Source: a virus
Taxonomy: Duplodnaviria; Caudoviricetes
DNA: 47,098 bases
Direction: 5' to 3' (one strand)
IMG/VR virus record: IMGVR_UViG_3300037751_000128
Coordinates: 1 to 47,098 of that record
The translations under genes were made by a program, and so were the position numbers. Below are positions 32,675 through 42,227 of this stretch, piece by piece. Numbering within the stretch: position 1 is the first letter of the stretch; each line of letters opens with the position of its first letter. The notes under the pieces are model-generated. The model ran no database searches, was not told the DNA's origin, and saw nothing but the letters and a program-made list of their open reading frames with translations.

Positions 32675-34850
32675 CGACGAGATAAGGGGGGCGGTTGGTT
32701 ACAGCTCCTCTGAACTCTCACACCAAAGGCAAACCGCTCTTGAGTATTACTACGGGCAGCCTTTTGGCAACGAAGTAGAGGGAAGGTCGTCGTACGTCTC
32801 CCGGGATGTGGCGGACACCATCGAGTGGATCATGCCCTCCCTCATGCGTATTTTCACTGGGGGAGACACGATTGTTCGCTTCGAGCCGCAAGGTCCGGAA
32901 GACGAGAAGAACGCCCAACAGGCTACAGATTACGTCAACTACATATTCCAGCGGCAGAACGATGGGTTCCTGTCTCTATATACCTGGTTCAAGGACGCCC
33001 TCCTATCTAAAAACGGTTTCGTAAAGGTCTATTGGGAGAAGTACACCGAATACAAAACGGAGACCTATGAGTACCTGACTGATGATGAATTCGCGATGAT
33101 CCTTCAGGATAAGGATGTCGAGCCTGTGGAGCATACAGAGGATGTACAGGTGGACCCCATGACCGGGGTTGCTACCAAGGCCCATTCTCTGAAGGTCAGG
33201 AAGAAGACCGAAAACGGCAAGTGTTGTGTAGAACCTGTACCCCCGGAAGAGGTTTTGATAAACCGCTATCCGGTAGCTCCGCTAAAGAAGAACAGATTTA
33301 TCTGCCATCGTCGCAGAGTCACCATCTCAGAGCTTAAGGAGATGGGGTTCGAGGATGTTGATGATGTTACCTCCTACGAAGAAAACGACTTCAACGAGGA
33401 GAGAATCGCCAGATATGCGTTCGATGAGACCGACCAGAGCGACCGCTCGGATTCCACTCCAGGAAATAGGTACGTCTGGCTGGCTGAGGCTTACTGGAAG
33501 ATAGACAGGGATGGAGATGGTATTGCTGAGCTTAGGCATACCATCATGGCGGGGGACAGGATTCTGGAGGATGAAGAAGCCGACTCCTGCCCGTTCGTAA
33601 CCCTCACTCCCATAATTCTCCCCCACAAGCTTTACGGAATGTCTGTCGCCGATCTGGTGATGGATATCCAGTTACTAAAGTCTACGGTCTTCCGTCAGAT
33701 CCTGGACAACATGTACCTCGCCAACAATGGGAGATACATGGCCCTGGACGGGATGGTGAACATAGACGACCTTCTCACCAGCCGTCCGGGCGGGATTGTC
33801 AGGGTCAAGACGTTCGATGCGGTGAAGCCGATGCAACCTCCTCTTTTGGGAGCGCCGGCTTTTAATCTTCTGGAATACATCGACCAGATAAAAGAGAACA
33901 GGACCGGGGTGAACCGAGCCCCGTTAGATCCGGATTCAATCAGCAAGCATGCGACTGGGGCTGCGATTATCGACCAAGCCACACAGGCGAGGGTTGAGCT
34001 GATCGCTAGAGTCTTTGCCGAGACCGGGGTCAAGGACTTGTTCTACGCAATTTTGGAGAACGTCCAGAAGTATCAGGACCAGTCGAAAGTCATAAGGCTC
34101 AGAAACGAGTGGGTCAAGATGGACCCGAGGGAATGGACGAACAAGTTCGACCTTACCGTCATGGTTGGACTTGGTACTGGGTCGAAGCAAACCCAGCTAG
34201 CTGCTTTGAACGAAGAGACCCAATTCCAGTTGGCTGCGTTGCAAGGCGGTTTACCCATCGTCACCCCGGAAAACGTCTATCACCTGCGCATGAAGGCCTT
34301 GGAGGCTAAGAACATCAAGGGTGGAGACTTGTTCTACACCCATCCTGACAAGATGCCGCCACAACCGCCTCAGCAAGATCCTGCTATTGCCAAGGCTGAA
34401 ATGGACGCTCAAGTGGATCAAATGAAGATCCAGGCCAAGAGCGAGGGCGACCAGATGAAGCAGGAATTCCAGGCTGCCATGACCGAGTTCAAGGAATCCA
34501 TCGAATATCAGAAGCACCAGGAAAAACTGGCTGTGGACCTTGAGAAGCAAAGGGAACAGCAGGTAGCTCAGTCCGCCGAGAGCGATAAGGCTAGTGAGAA
34601 GGAAAGGGACATGAAGCTGATTGACATGATCTGGGAAAGGGGTCAATCGGAGCAACAGAGGGGTGCTGAGGAGCAGAAGGCGAAGCTGGATGCCGTGTTG
34701 AACATGGTCCAGGAAAACAGCAAGTCCCAGAACGAGATGCTGATCAAGGTCCTGGAAGCTGCGATGGCCGAAAGAGAGAGTGAAGTTGCCGAAAGGGATG
34801 CGAAGGGCAAGGTCAAAAAGACTGTAAGCAGGGTGAAGAAAAAGGAGTGA
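32634..34850 (+). CDS. Portal protein (P22-like, long C-terminal barrel)
   Basis: ALEYYYG...VS.DVADTIEWIMPSLMRIF, WFKDALL.KNG, coiled-coil tail. Confidence 0.92.
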   Translation: MAKLTETELRALLDDEIRGAVGYSSSELSHQRQTALEYYYGQPFGNEVEGRSSYVSRDVADTIEWIMPSLMRIFTGGDTIVRFEPQGPEDEKNAQQATDYVNYIFQRQNDGFLSLYTWFKDALLSKNGFVKVYWEKYTEYKTETYEYLTDDEFAMILQDKDVEPVEHTEDVQVDPMTGVATKAHSLKVRKKTENGKCCVEPVPPEEVLINRYPVAPLKKNRFICHRRRVTISELKEMGFEDVDDVTSYEENDFNEERIARYAFDETDQSDRSDSTPGNRYVWLAEAYWKIDRDGDGIAELRHTIMAGDRILEDEEADSCPFVTLTPIILPHKLYGMSVADLVMDIQLLKSTVFRQILDNMYLANNGRYMALDGMVNIDDLLTSRPGGIVRVKTFDAVKPMQPPLLGAPAFNLLEYIDQIKENRTGVNRAPLDPDSISKHATGAAIIDQATQARVELIARVFAETGVKDLFYAILENVQKYQDQSKVIRLRNEWVKMDPREWTNKFDLTVMVGLGTGSKQTQLAALNEETQFQLAALQGGLPIVTPENVYHLRMKALEAKNIKGGDLFYTHPDKMPPQPPQQDPAIAKAEMDAQVDQMKIQAKSEGDQMKQEFQAAMTEFKESIEYQKHQEKLAVDLEKQREQQVAQSAESDKASEKERDMKLIDMIWERGQSEQQRGAEEQKAKLDAVLNMVQENSKSQNEMLIKVLEAAMAERESEVAERDAKGKVKKTVSRVKKKE

Positions 34851-36226
34851 GCCGCGCTCAATACGAGAAGCTTTACGCAGGGACAGGCTACCGTGAGTTT
34901 TCGCCCGGCGAGACTCGCGTCAACGATTTCAGGAACCTCGTCAAGACGACCGGGGACGATGTAATCATCGACTTCGGATGTGGAACCGGGAGGGCGGCGA
35001 AGCAGCTCGGCGCCATCGGGCTCGATTTCGTAAAGGCAATCGAGACAGATATCGAGTTCCACCAGCACGACCTGAGAAAGCCGCTGCCGGTCCGGGGTAC
35101 GGTCGGCTTCTGCACCGACGTTATGGAGCACATCGCTACTCGTGATGTAAAGCGAGTGCTTAAAAACATCATGTCGGCGGTGAAGAAGTGCTACTTCCAG
35201 ATATGCACCGTTCCTGACGAGTTCGGCGGCGGGGCGCTGCATCTCACGGTAAAACCCTTTTGGTGGTGGGCGAAGCGCATGCAGGAAGTGGGGCTAGTCC
35301 GCTACGCGCGCCAGGAGAAACACCACGCGATATTCGTGGTCGGCACGCAAACGGTGCGCGAGCTTGAAAAGCGCCTGGTGCTGATGGAGCCGGAAGAAGT
35401 CCTGCGAAAGAACATCATCGCGAACATGGAAGCCGGCTACGAGGAAGCCCGGCCATTCCAGATCCAGCAGACCGAAGTGGCTCTACTCGCGGGCGGTCCG
35501 AGCCTAGAGCAATTCGACCGGCCTGATCTACCGATCATCACGGTGAACGGGGCTTACAACTGGGCTGTCGAGCGCGGGTATAAGCCAAAGGCGCAGCTTA
35601 TCGTTGATCCTCGCTACTGGAACAAGCGCTTCGCTCATCCGGCGGTGGAGGGTTGCAAGTACCTGATTGCCTCGCAGTGCCATCCAGGGGTCGCGCAGTC
35701 TGTGCCGAAGGACCAGGTGTGGCTGTGGCACTCGGGAGACGTAGCGGCCCCGGTGATGCGCGAGCTGGGCGAGGAGAACGGACACCGGGAATGGATGGCG
35801 ATATTCGGAGGCTCGACCATCATGCTGCGGGCGTTTCCGCTGCTCGCGATGCTGGGGTTACGGAAGTTCCACGTGTGGGGCTTCGATTCATGTCTCGGTG
35901 AACGAGGGGTGCATCACGCCTACGCGCAGCCGGAGAACGACGGCGACAAGACGATGGACATCACAGTTGGCGGGCGGACGTTCGTTTGCCACCCGTGGAT
36001 GGCGGTTCAAGCGCAGGAGTACGTGGACCTCGTGAAGCACATGCTGCCCGAGGATCTTGAGATGGTGTTGTACGGCAACGGGCTGATAGCCCACATTCTG
36101 AAGACAGGAGCGGTATATGGCGGCGAGCGCATGGCGGGTCTACTCGGAAGCGAAGAAATACATTCAGACGGGGGACATCGACCTCAACACGAGCGTAATT
36201 GTAATGGGGTTGTTCAAGACGTCTAG
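34847..36226 (+). CDS. Methyltransferase fused to a DUF115/MptE-like (Maf-type) transferase domain
   Basis: IDFGCGTG and CTDVMEH at the N-terminus; LLAGGPSL, IITVNG and GFDSC at the C-terminus. Confidence 0.75.
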   Translation: MSRAQYEKLYAGTGYREFSPGETRVNDFRNLVKTTGDDVIIDFGCGTGRAAKQLGAIGLDFVKAIETDIEFHQHDLRKPLPVRGTVGFCTDVMEHIATRDVKRVLKNIMSAVKKCYFQICTVPDEFGGGALHLTVKPFWWWAKRMQEVGLVRYARQEKHHAIFVVGTQTVRELEKRLVLMEPEEVLRKNIIANMEAGYEEARPFQIQQTEVALLAGGPSLEQFDRPDLPIITVNGAYNWAVERGYKPKAQLIVDPRYWNKRFAHPAVEGCKYLIASQCHPGVAQSVPKDQVWLWHSGDVAAPVMRELGEENGHREWMAIFGGSTIMLRAFPLLAMLGLRKFHVWGFDSCLGERGVHHAYAQPENDGDKTMDITVGGRTFVCHPWMAVQAQEYVDLVKHMLPEDLEMVLYGNGLIAHILKTGAVYGGERMAGLLGSEEIHSDGGHRPQHERNCNGVVQDV

Positions 36227-36557
36227 CAACGCCTCTACCTACACGCTCTCGACCGGGGCGAGCGTCACGGTTGCGTGCTCGCAAGGGTTGCTTACGCAGA
36301 AGAAGACGCTACCGTCCATCACGGTGACGGCCGGTGCTTCGGCGAAGGTGATCCGCTTCGACGCCGCGGACCTTGTGTTTACGGCCTCTACTGCGTCGGC
36401 GTTCTCGGTGCTCTACGCGGTGATCTACGTGTCGGGCGGGAAGGCGATCTGCTGGTCGAAGCTCTCGACATCGGGTTTCTCGGTGACGGCGACTAACACG
36501 CTCACGGTCGGGATAAATGCATCCGGCATCTGGGAACTGACCGGCGGCGTGACGTGA
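36117..36557 (+). CDS. Virion structural protein
   Basis: AGGAG RBS; GDIDL..., FDAAD..F, beta-rich and Ser/Thr-rich. Confidence 0.6.
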   Translation: MAASAWRVYSEAKKYIQTGDIDLNTSVIVMGLFKTSSNASTYTLSTGASVTVACSQGLLTQKKTLPSITVTAGASAKVIRFDAADLVFTASTASAFSVLYAVIYVSGGKAICWSKLSTSGFSVTATNTLTVGINASGIWELTGGVT

Positions 36558-36806
36558 GTGGACGGACCACTTGTAGGAAATTGCTGGACCCACGCGCTGC
36601 GCAAGTGGTGGCGGCGACCTAGGGAGACTTACTTGATCGTCAGGCTCTCGAAACACACGTTCTGGCCGCATGTTTTCTTCTGTGAGTCGATAGAGAACAC
36701 TGAGGTAGAGGAGTTCAAGCCGGTGGAGCCGCAGGAGGGCTTCTGGGCGGCATTCGCTGCGCTTGTATTTCGTGGGCGTATCAGGAAAGGGATGGGCGAG
36801 GAATGA
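36558..36806 (+). CDS. Hypothetical protein
   Basis: Coupled ORF. Confidence 0.5.
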   Translation: MDGPLVGNCWTHALRKWWRRPRETYLIVRLSKHTFWPHVFFCESIENTEVEEFKPVEPQEGFWAAFAALVFRGRIRKGMGEE

Positions 36807-37063
36807 TCGTCACGGAGTGGGAGGTCTGGCTCGCCGACGAGTCCACGCGCGACTCCAGGCGTCACACCTGGGACGACGATTGGGATGGCGTGTTGGTGGT
36901 GCGCTGGTGGGGCCCGAGCGGCAAGGGCATCAACTGGGGCGATGGTCGTTACGGTCTTTCGCGCACGATCAAGAACGGCGTACTCGTGGCAGATGATGTG
37001 TTCGCGCGCGTGATGCGCGCCTCTCGAGCCGCGAACGTGCCGCCGTCGAAGAGAAAGCGATGA
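36803..37063 (+). CDS. Hypothetical protein
   Basis: Coupled ORF. Confidence 0.5.
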   Translation: MIVTEWEVWLADESTRDSRRHTWDDDWDGVLVVRWWGPSGKGINWGDGRYGLSRTIKNGVLVADDVFARVMRASRAANVPPSKRKR

Positions 37064-37425
37064 AGACGCAGCGCATCGACCAGGAGAATTGGCATCTGCA
37101 CCAGGGCGGCTTCGTCAACTTCGGCGGGTTCTACATCCGCCCGATGGGGCCGTACCAGAAGGGTGAGCGCCAGTTCGGCCACTCCCACGCCATCGACCAT
37201 CTATCCAACATCGTGCGCGGCAAGGTGCGCGTGCATTGGAAGAATCCGAAGGGAGACGAGGCTGGGGTTATCGAGGTGCTCGTTCCCGCGAAGCTCTCGA
37301 TCCGCGCGGAGTATTGGCACGAGTTTGAAGTCCTAGAGGACGACACCTACTGGGAATGCTGGTTCGCCGCTGCGGAGGCCGACAAGCTCGTGGGCGGGCG
37401 CAACAGCGTCGATTGGACCGCCTGA
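37060..37425 (+). CDS. Cupin-fold protein
   Basis: GHSHAIDH...GKVRV...HEFEVLEDDT. Confidence 0.65.
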   Translation: MKTQRIDQENWHLHQGGFVNFGGFYIRPMGPYQKGERQFGHSHAIDHLSNIVRGKVRVHWKNPKGDEAGVIEVLVPAKLSIRAEYWHEFEVLEDDTYWECWFAAAEADKLVGGRNSVDWTA

Positions 37426-37796
37426 TGGAAATGCTCGTCAGGGTGCTAGACCGAAAGGGGTTCGACGCGAAGACCAACACGGTCTCCCTGCGTCCGGGCG
37501 ATGTCGTCACCGTGCAGGCTGATGGCTGGAAGTGGAGCGAGAAGGAAAGGACGAACCCCGAATGGTGCATCGTCAAGCTGCCCGGGGTTCATCCGCTCCT
37601 GCACAAGGACATGGAGCAGCCCGCCCTGGATGCTCTCGGCGGCCTTCTGCTCAAGCGCGCGAGGAAGCTAGACCTGACGGCCGCTATCTTCAATGGGAAG
37701 CTCGCCGCGAGAGAAGTGACGTTCTCGACGCAGATCGAGAAGTCTGCGGTGCTCGCCACTAGGACGGTTAAGGAACTTGCCGTGGCGGTAGGCTAG
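37425..37796 (+). CDS. Hypothetical virion-associated protein
   Basis: TGATG coupling; RPGDVVTVQADGWKW. Confidence 0.55.
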   Translation: MEMLVRVLDRKGFDAKTNTVSLRPGDVVTVQADGWKWSEKERTNPEWCIVKLPGVHPLLHKDMEQPALDALGGLLLKRARKLDLTAAIFNGKLAAREVTFSTQIEKSAVLATRTVKELAVAVG

Positions 37797-39521
37797 ATGC
37801 CGACGACCGTTACCTCGACCATCGGCACGGCGACCCGCGACTACTCCACCATCGCGGCGTGGGAGGATGCGACCGATGTAAATATCGTCACCGCCGACGA
37901 GCTGCACGTCGGGGAGTGCTACAACGATGCCGAGTTCGCGGAAGCGGTGACGATAGCCGGGGCGACGACGGACGCGACGCGCTATCGGCACCTGACGGTT
38001 GCGGCGGGAGAGTCGTTCGCGGATCACGCGGATAAGCTGACCAACGCGCTCAAGTACGACCAGACCAAGGGTGTGGGGATTAGCTCCAGCACCTTCGGAG
38101 CCCAGGTGGTCTACCTGCAGGAGAACTACGCGAGGGTAAGCCGGGTCCAGATCGAGGCCATCAGCACGGCGGATCGCGGTGTTCGGATGGATAACACGAA
38201 TAACCTTGCTAGTGGCGTGCTGGTTGATGGAACGTACAGGCAGCAGGGATTCTATCTTTCCTCGACAACTGCGAAGTGCGTTAACTGCCTCGCCATTGTT
38301 CGCAACACCGCTGGGGCGGTGACTGGTTTTCACTTTCAATACTTCAACGTAAGCACGTGGGGAACATTCAACTGCACTGCAGTTCGCCCTTCTGATCTTA
38401 CGGGGACGGTCGGGGGAGGATTCAGGCATAGCAATAGTGGGCGTGCGGCGGTAGCGAAGAACTGCGCGGCATTTGGTTTCGTAGGAGGCAATGAGGGATT
38501 CTCGAATGCTGCGTGGGCAAGCTCTGATTACAACGCGACCGACAGCGCCACGGCGACCGGCGGGGGTAACGACCTTGTTGAGCTCACTTACGCCAACCAG
38601 TTCGAGAACGTAGAGGACTCAACCAGCGATTTCAGGGTCAAGTCCGGCTCTGACCTTGACGGTGCCGGCGTAACCGATTCGAGCAACACGAACGACCTCG
38701 ACATCGTAGAGCAGACGCGGGAAGCGAACCCGACGATAGGGGCGTGGGAGTTCATTGCGGGCAGTGGTTCTGGCATCACGGTAACGCCTGACAAGGCTGA
38801 TCTCACCCTAACCGGCAACGCCCCAACAGTCTCGGCGACGGCGAACCATCGTGTCACCCCGTCAGTCGGTGCGCTAGCGATTACCGGCTTCGCGCCGACC
38901 ATCACCGTGGCATCGCAGAGTATCACCGCCACCCCGGGGAAAGCCGACCTCACGCTTACGGCAAATGCCCCTACCGTAGCGGTAACGCAGCATCAGTCGG
39001 TAGCGCCGGGGAAAGCCGATCTCGCGATCACGGGATTCGCCCCGAGCGTACTCGTCGGGATAGTGACGCAACCTGGGGCTGGAGCGCTGGCAATTACGGG
39101 GCACGCGCCGACAGTCGCGGTAACCGCGAATCACCTGGTCAATCCGGGGACGGCGGCGATAGAGGTAACTGGTTTCGCGCCGACCGTTTCAGGTGGCGAG
39201 GCTCCTGTTGTTGACGTACAGACCAGGGGTGTCTCCGGCAGGAAATACCGGGTTATCTGGGAAGAAGACGAAATCCTGGAGGAGATCCAGGAGGAAGAAA
39301 AGGCAGTCGCCAAGGAGAAGAAGAAGCTAAAGATCCTGATAAAGCAGGCTAAGAAGCTTCCCAAAACCGGGATTCTCTACAGGCAGGCAGAAGCAAGAAT
39401 CGAGAGGTTCGAGCAGAAGATAGACGACAGGCTGGCAAAGATTGCCGAGCTTCTGTCGATCATCAACGAAGGCATAAACGCAATAGCAGACGACGATGAG
39501 GAAGTGTTGCTTTTGAGCTAA
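37797..39521 (+). CDS. Head fibre/decoration-like protein: beta-helix domain, six Thr/Pro-rich repeats, coiled-coil tail
   Basis: Beta-solenoid-like N-terminal half; six P-x-x-x-x-(L/I)-x-x-T-x-x-A-P repeats; ends DDDEEVLLLS. Confidence 0.6.
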   Translation: MPTTVTSTIGTATRDYSTIAAWEDATDVNIVTADELHVGECYNDAEFAEAVTIAGATTDATRYRHLTVAAGESFADHADKLTNALKYDQTKGVGISSSTFGAQVVYLQENYARVSRVQIEAISTADRGVRMDNTNNLASGVLVDGTYRQQGFYLSSTTAKCVNCLAIVRNTAGAVTGFHFQYFNVSTWGTFNCTAVRPSDLTGTVGGGFRHSNSGRAAVAKNCAAFGFVGGNEGFSNAAWASSDYNATDSATATGGGNDLVELTYANQFENVEDSTSDFRVKSGSDLDGAGVTDSSNTNDLDIVEQTREANPTIGAWEFIAGSGSGITVTPDKADLTLTGNAPTVSATANHRVTPSVGALAITGFAPTITVASQSITATPGKADLTLTANAPTVAVTQHQSVAPGKADLAITGFAPSVLVGIVTQPGAGALAITGHAPTVAVTANHLVNPGTAAIEVTGFAPTVSGGEAPVVDVQTRGVSGRKYRVIWEEDEILEEIQEEEKAVAKEKKKLKILIKQAKKLPKTGILYRQAEARIERFEQKIDDRLAKIAELLSIINEGINAIADDDEEVLLLS

Positions 39522-39524
39522 ATC

Positions 39525-39794
39525 ATGAATCCAGAAGAAGCCAAGATAAGGGCCGAGAGGGCCAAGCAACTGCTGAACGATCCGCTACTTAAGGAGTCGT
39601 TCGAGCTAGCCAATACCGCTTTACTTCAAGCCTTGAGGGTCGCTAAAACGGATGCCGAAGCCTTCAAGGCGACGATAGCTTTTCAGGTGTTCGAGGTCAT
39701 CAGGGACAGCATCAGAACCCATATTGAGACCGGGAAGATCATCGAATACAACTTCCGTGAAAAGACTCTCCTGGAGCGCATTTCAGGGAGATAG
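39525..39794 (+). CDS. Small head-module protein
   Basis: AERAKQLLNDPLLKE, directly before the scaffold. Confidence 0.6.
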   Translation: MNPEEAKIRAERAKQLLNDPLLKESFELANTALLQALRVAKTDAEAFKATIAFQVFEVIRDSIRTHIETGKIIEYNFREKTLLERISGR

Positions 39795-39855
39795 GTTTCC
39801 CCGCAAGGGGCGCAGTCAAGCGGACATAGAAGCCGCTCTTTAAAACAGGTGAAAA

Positions 39856-40869
39856 ATGGAACAGACCCAAGCCAGTGCGCCGGGGCAACCCCAAGCGCAA
39901 GCGCCGGTTCATCCAGTCCACGAAGAAACAGCGACGGTAGAAGCCCTTACCAAGTGGGTTGGCGAGAATCCGGACAACGACCCACACGCAGGAACCGACC
40001 TAGAGGCTCCCCCGCAGGAGCAGAAGGTAGAAGAAAAAACAGAAGAAAAGACAGAGGAAAAGGCTGAGGAAGCAGAGACCATCGAAATAGACGATGAGGC
40101 TCCGCTATTCGAAGTCCAAGATCCGGATGACAAGACCAAGACGGTAAAGGTCTCGCTCAAGCAGCTCCGCGAAGAGCGGATGATGAAGGCGGACTATCAC
40201 CGCAATATCCAGCGGGTAAAGCAGCAAGAGGCCGAGATTCAGGAGAAGGTCAAGCAAGCCTCTCTACAGGCCCAAGGCGATTACCTGAAGCAACTGGAGA
40301 CCCACAAGCAACTGGTACTAAAAACGGTTGCTCCTGAGCTCCAGAACGTGGATTTGAACAAGCTGGCGCAGGAAGACCCCGCAGAGGCTCAGAGGCTGTT
40401 CTTCCGCCAGATTCAACTAACGCAGACTTTACAGGCTATCGAGACTGAGCAGCGCCAAGCCCAGGAGAAGCTTCAAAAAGACCAGGAGGCCGCGTTATCT
40501 CAGGCAGTCGAGAAGTCGCGCCAGACCCTAGAAGCAGACATCCAGGGCTGGAATAGCGATGTGTACCAGAAGGTGTTGGGGTCGGTAGCTAAAGACTACG
40601 GCTTCGACAAGAAGGATGTCGAGAGTGTGTACGACGCGAGGTTGATCAAGGTTTTCCACGATGCCTACCAATACAGGCAGCTCCAACGAGCCAAGCCCGA
40701 GGTTAGTAAGCGAGTCGTGGCAGTTCCCAAGGTTGTAAAACCCGGAAGTGCAGAAAAGCCAAGTCCCCGCAGTGATGCAGACGACGCCTTCAACCGGCTC
40801 AAGAAGTCCGGTTCGCTGGATGACGCTGCTAATTGGTATCTACAAAAACAAAAAGGGAATAAGCGATGA
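39856..40869 (+). CDS. Scaffolding protein
   Basis: Acidic N-terminus, ADYHR, coiled coil, C-terminal RLKKSGSLDDAA; precedes the capsid gene. Confidence 0.8.
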   Translation: MEQTQASAPGQPQAQAPVHPVHEETATVEALTKWVGENPDNDPHAGTDLEAPPQEQKVEEKTEEKTEEKAEEAETIEIDDEAPLFEVQDPDDKTKTVKVSLKQLREERMMKADYHRNIQRVKQQEAEIQEKVKQASLQAQGDYLKQLETHKQLVLKTVAPELQNVDLNKLAQEDPAEAQRLFFRQIQLTQTLQAIETEQRQAQEKLQKDQEAALSQAVEKSRQTLEADIQGWNSDVYQKVLGSVAKDYGFDKKDVESVYDARLIKVFHDAYQYRQLQRAKPEVSKRVVAVPKVVKPGSAEKPSPRSDADDAFNRLKKSGSLDDAANWYLQKQKGNKR

Positions 40870-41843
40870 CTGCACCAACTGGAACTCTCCAGACGTATCA
40901 GGCTATCGGCAACAGGGAAGACCTGACCGACGCCATTTACAACATCTCTCCCATGGAGACGCCGTTTGTCTCCCGTGCGCCGAGGGTCAAGGCAAAGGCT
41001 CGCACGCATGAATGGCAGACCGATGCGCTCGCCGCCGCTGCTGCCAACGCCCACATTGAGGGCGATGACTCGGCGGTAAACACCGCAGTTCCGACCACCA
41101 GGCTCTCTAACGTCACCCAGATTTTCAAGAAGACCATTCAGGTCTCTGGAACTCAGGAAACCGTTGACAAGGCAGGTCGGGACTCGGAGATCGCCTACCA
41201 ACTGATGAAACGAGGCAAAGAGCTGAAGCGAGATATTGAGTACGCTTTGACTCAGAACCAAGGGACCGAGGTTGGTGATAGCGCATCTGCCAGGAAGCTT
41301 GCATCGGTGGAATCGTGGCTTGCCACGAACCACACGAACAAGTCTTCGGGTACTGGGGCGTATACCTCCGGCGGCTGGAACGGGACTCTTGTAGGAGCCC
41401 CGACCGAGAAGACGCACCTTGGGTCATTCAGTGAAACCGACCTCAAGAACGTCATTTCTGAGGTTTGGACTGCAGGGGGTGATCCGAGGCTAGTTCTTGT
41501 CGGCCCCAACGCCAAGAAGCGCATCTCCGGCTTTGTAGGTATTGCGGACGTTACCAAAGAGGCCGGTAATACCGCGAGGGCCACCAGGATCATCGGTGGC
41601 GCGGATGTGTATGTGTCGGACTTCGGGGAACACTTGGTTGTGCCAAGCCGCTTTAGCCGTGACCGGACGGTTCACCTTCTGGACATGGACTACTGGGCGG
41701 TTGCGAATCTGCGCGGGATGACGAAGGAAAAGCTCGCGAAGACCGGAGACTCGGAGAAGTGGCACCTTCTGACGGAACTCACCCTCGTTTCCAGGAACGA
41801 GGCGGCTTCCGGGAAGATTGCCGGCGTAGACGGAACCATCTAG
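40866..41843 (+). CDS. Major capsid protein (DUF5309/SU10 type)
   Basis: GNREDL.D.IYNISP.ETPF, HEWQTD, N.TQI, ELKRD.E, LAKTGDSEK. Confidence 0.92.
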   Translation: MTAPTGTLQTYQAIGNREDLTDAIYNISPMETPFVSRAPRVKAKARTHEWQTDALAAAAANAHIEGDDSAVNTAVPTTRLSNVTQIFKKTIQVSGTQETVDKAGRDSEIAYQLMKRGKELKRDIEYALTQNQGTEVGDSASARKLASVESWLATNHTNKSSGTGAYTSGGWNGTLVGAPTEKTHLGSFSETDLKNVISEVWTAGGDPRLVLVGPNAKKRISGFVGIADVTKEAGNTARATRIIGGADVYVSDFGEHLVVPSRFSRDRTVHLLDMDYWAVANLRGMTKEKLAKTGDSEKWHLLTELTLVSRNEAASGKIAGVDGTI

Positions 41844-41850
41844 TAAAGGG

Positions 41851-41880
41851 TGGGAGGGGCCAACAACCCCTCCCTTTTTC
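41851..41880 (+). terminator. Intrinsic terminator after the capsid gene
   Basis: GGGAGGGG-ccaacaa-CCCCTCCC then TTTTT. Confidence 0.75.
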
Positions 41881-41882
41881 CT

Positions 41883-42227
41883 TTGAAAAGACTATTCGAC
41901 CGAGACCCTTTAACCGGGGTGACGGAGATCTTCCATTACGACAACCTGACTGGCGACTCTCACATAGAGACCATTCAGGACGTAGAGCCCATCCTCGATC
42001 AGAACGCGGAGCACAGGAACGACGACGAATATACGAAGAACGGCATCAAAAACGAGATGTGGCATTACTCGTTTATTCCCATTGTGATTCAGTTGCGATG
42101 GCTTACCGAATACGGGATTGAAGACTGGCCGATGCACCCGAGGAATTCAAAGCTTCTCTTCAGGCTATTAAATAGTCCGGAATGGAAATATCTAAAAACG
42201 ACAAACAAGATTCACTTAGGAAGGTAA
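41883..42227 (+). CDS. Hypothetical head-module protein
   Basis: TTG start inferred; ETIQDVEPILD.N...LN.PEWKYLKT. Confidence 0.6.
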   Translation: MKRLFDRDPLTGVTEIFHYDNLTGDSHIETIQDVEPILDQNAEHRNDDEYTKNGIKNEMWHYSFIPIVIQLRWLTEYGIEDWPMHPRNSKLLFRLLNSPEWKYLKTTNKIHLGR

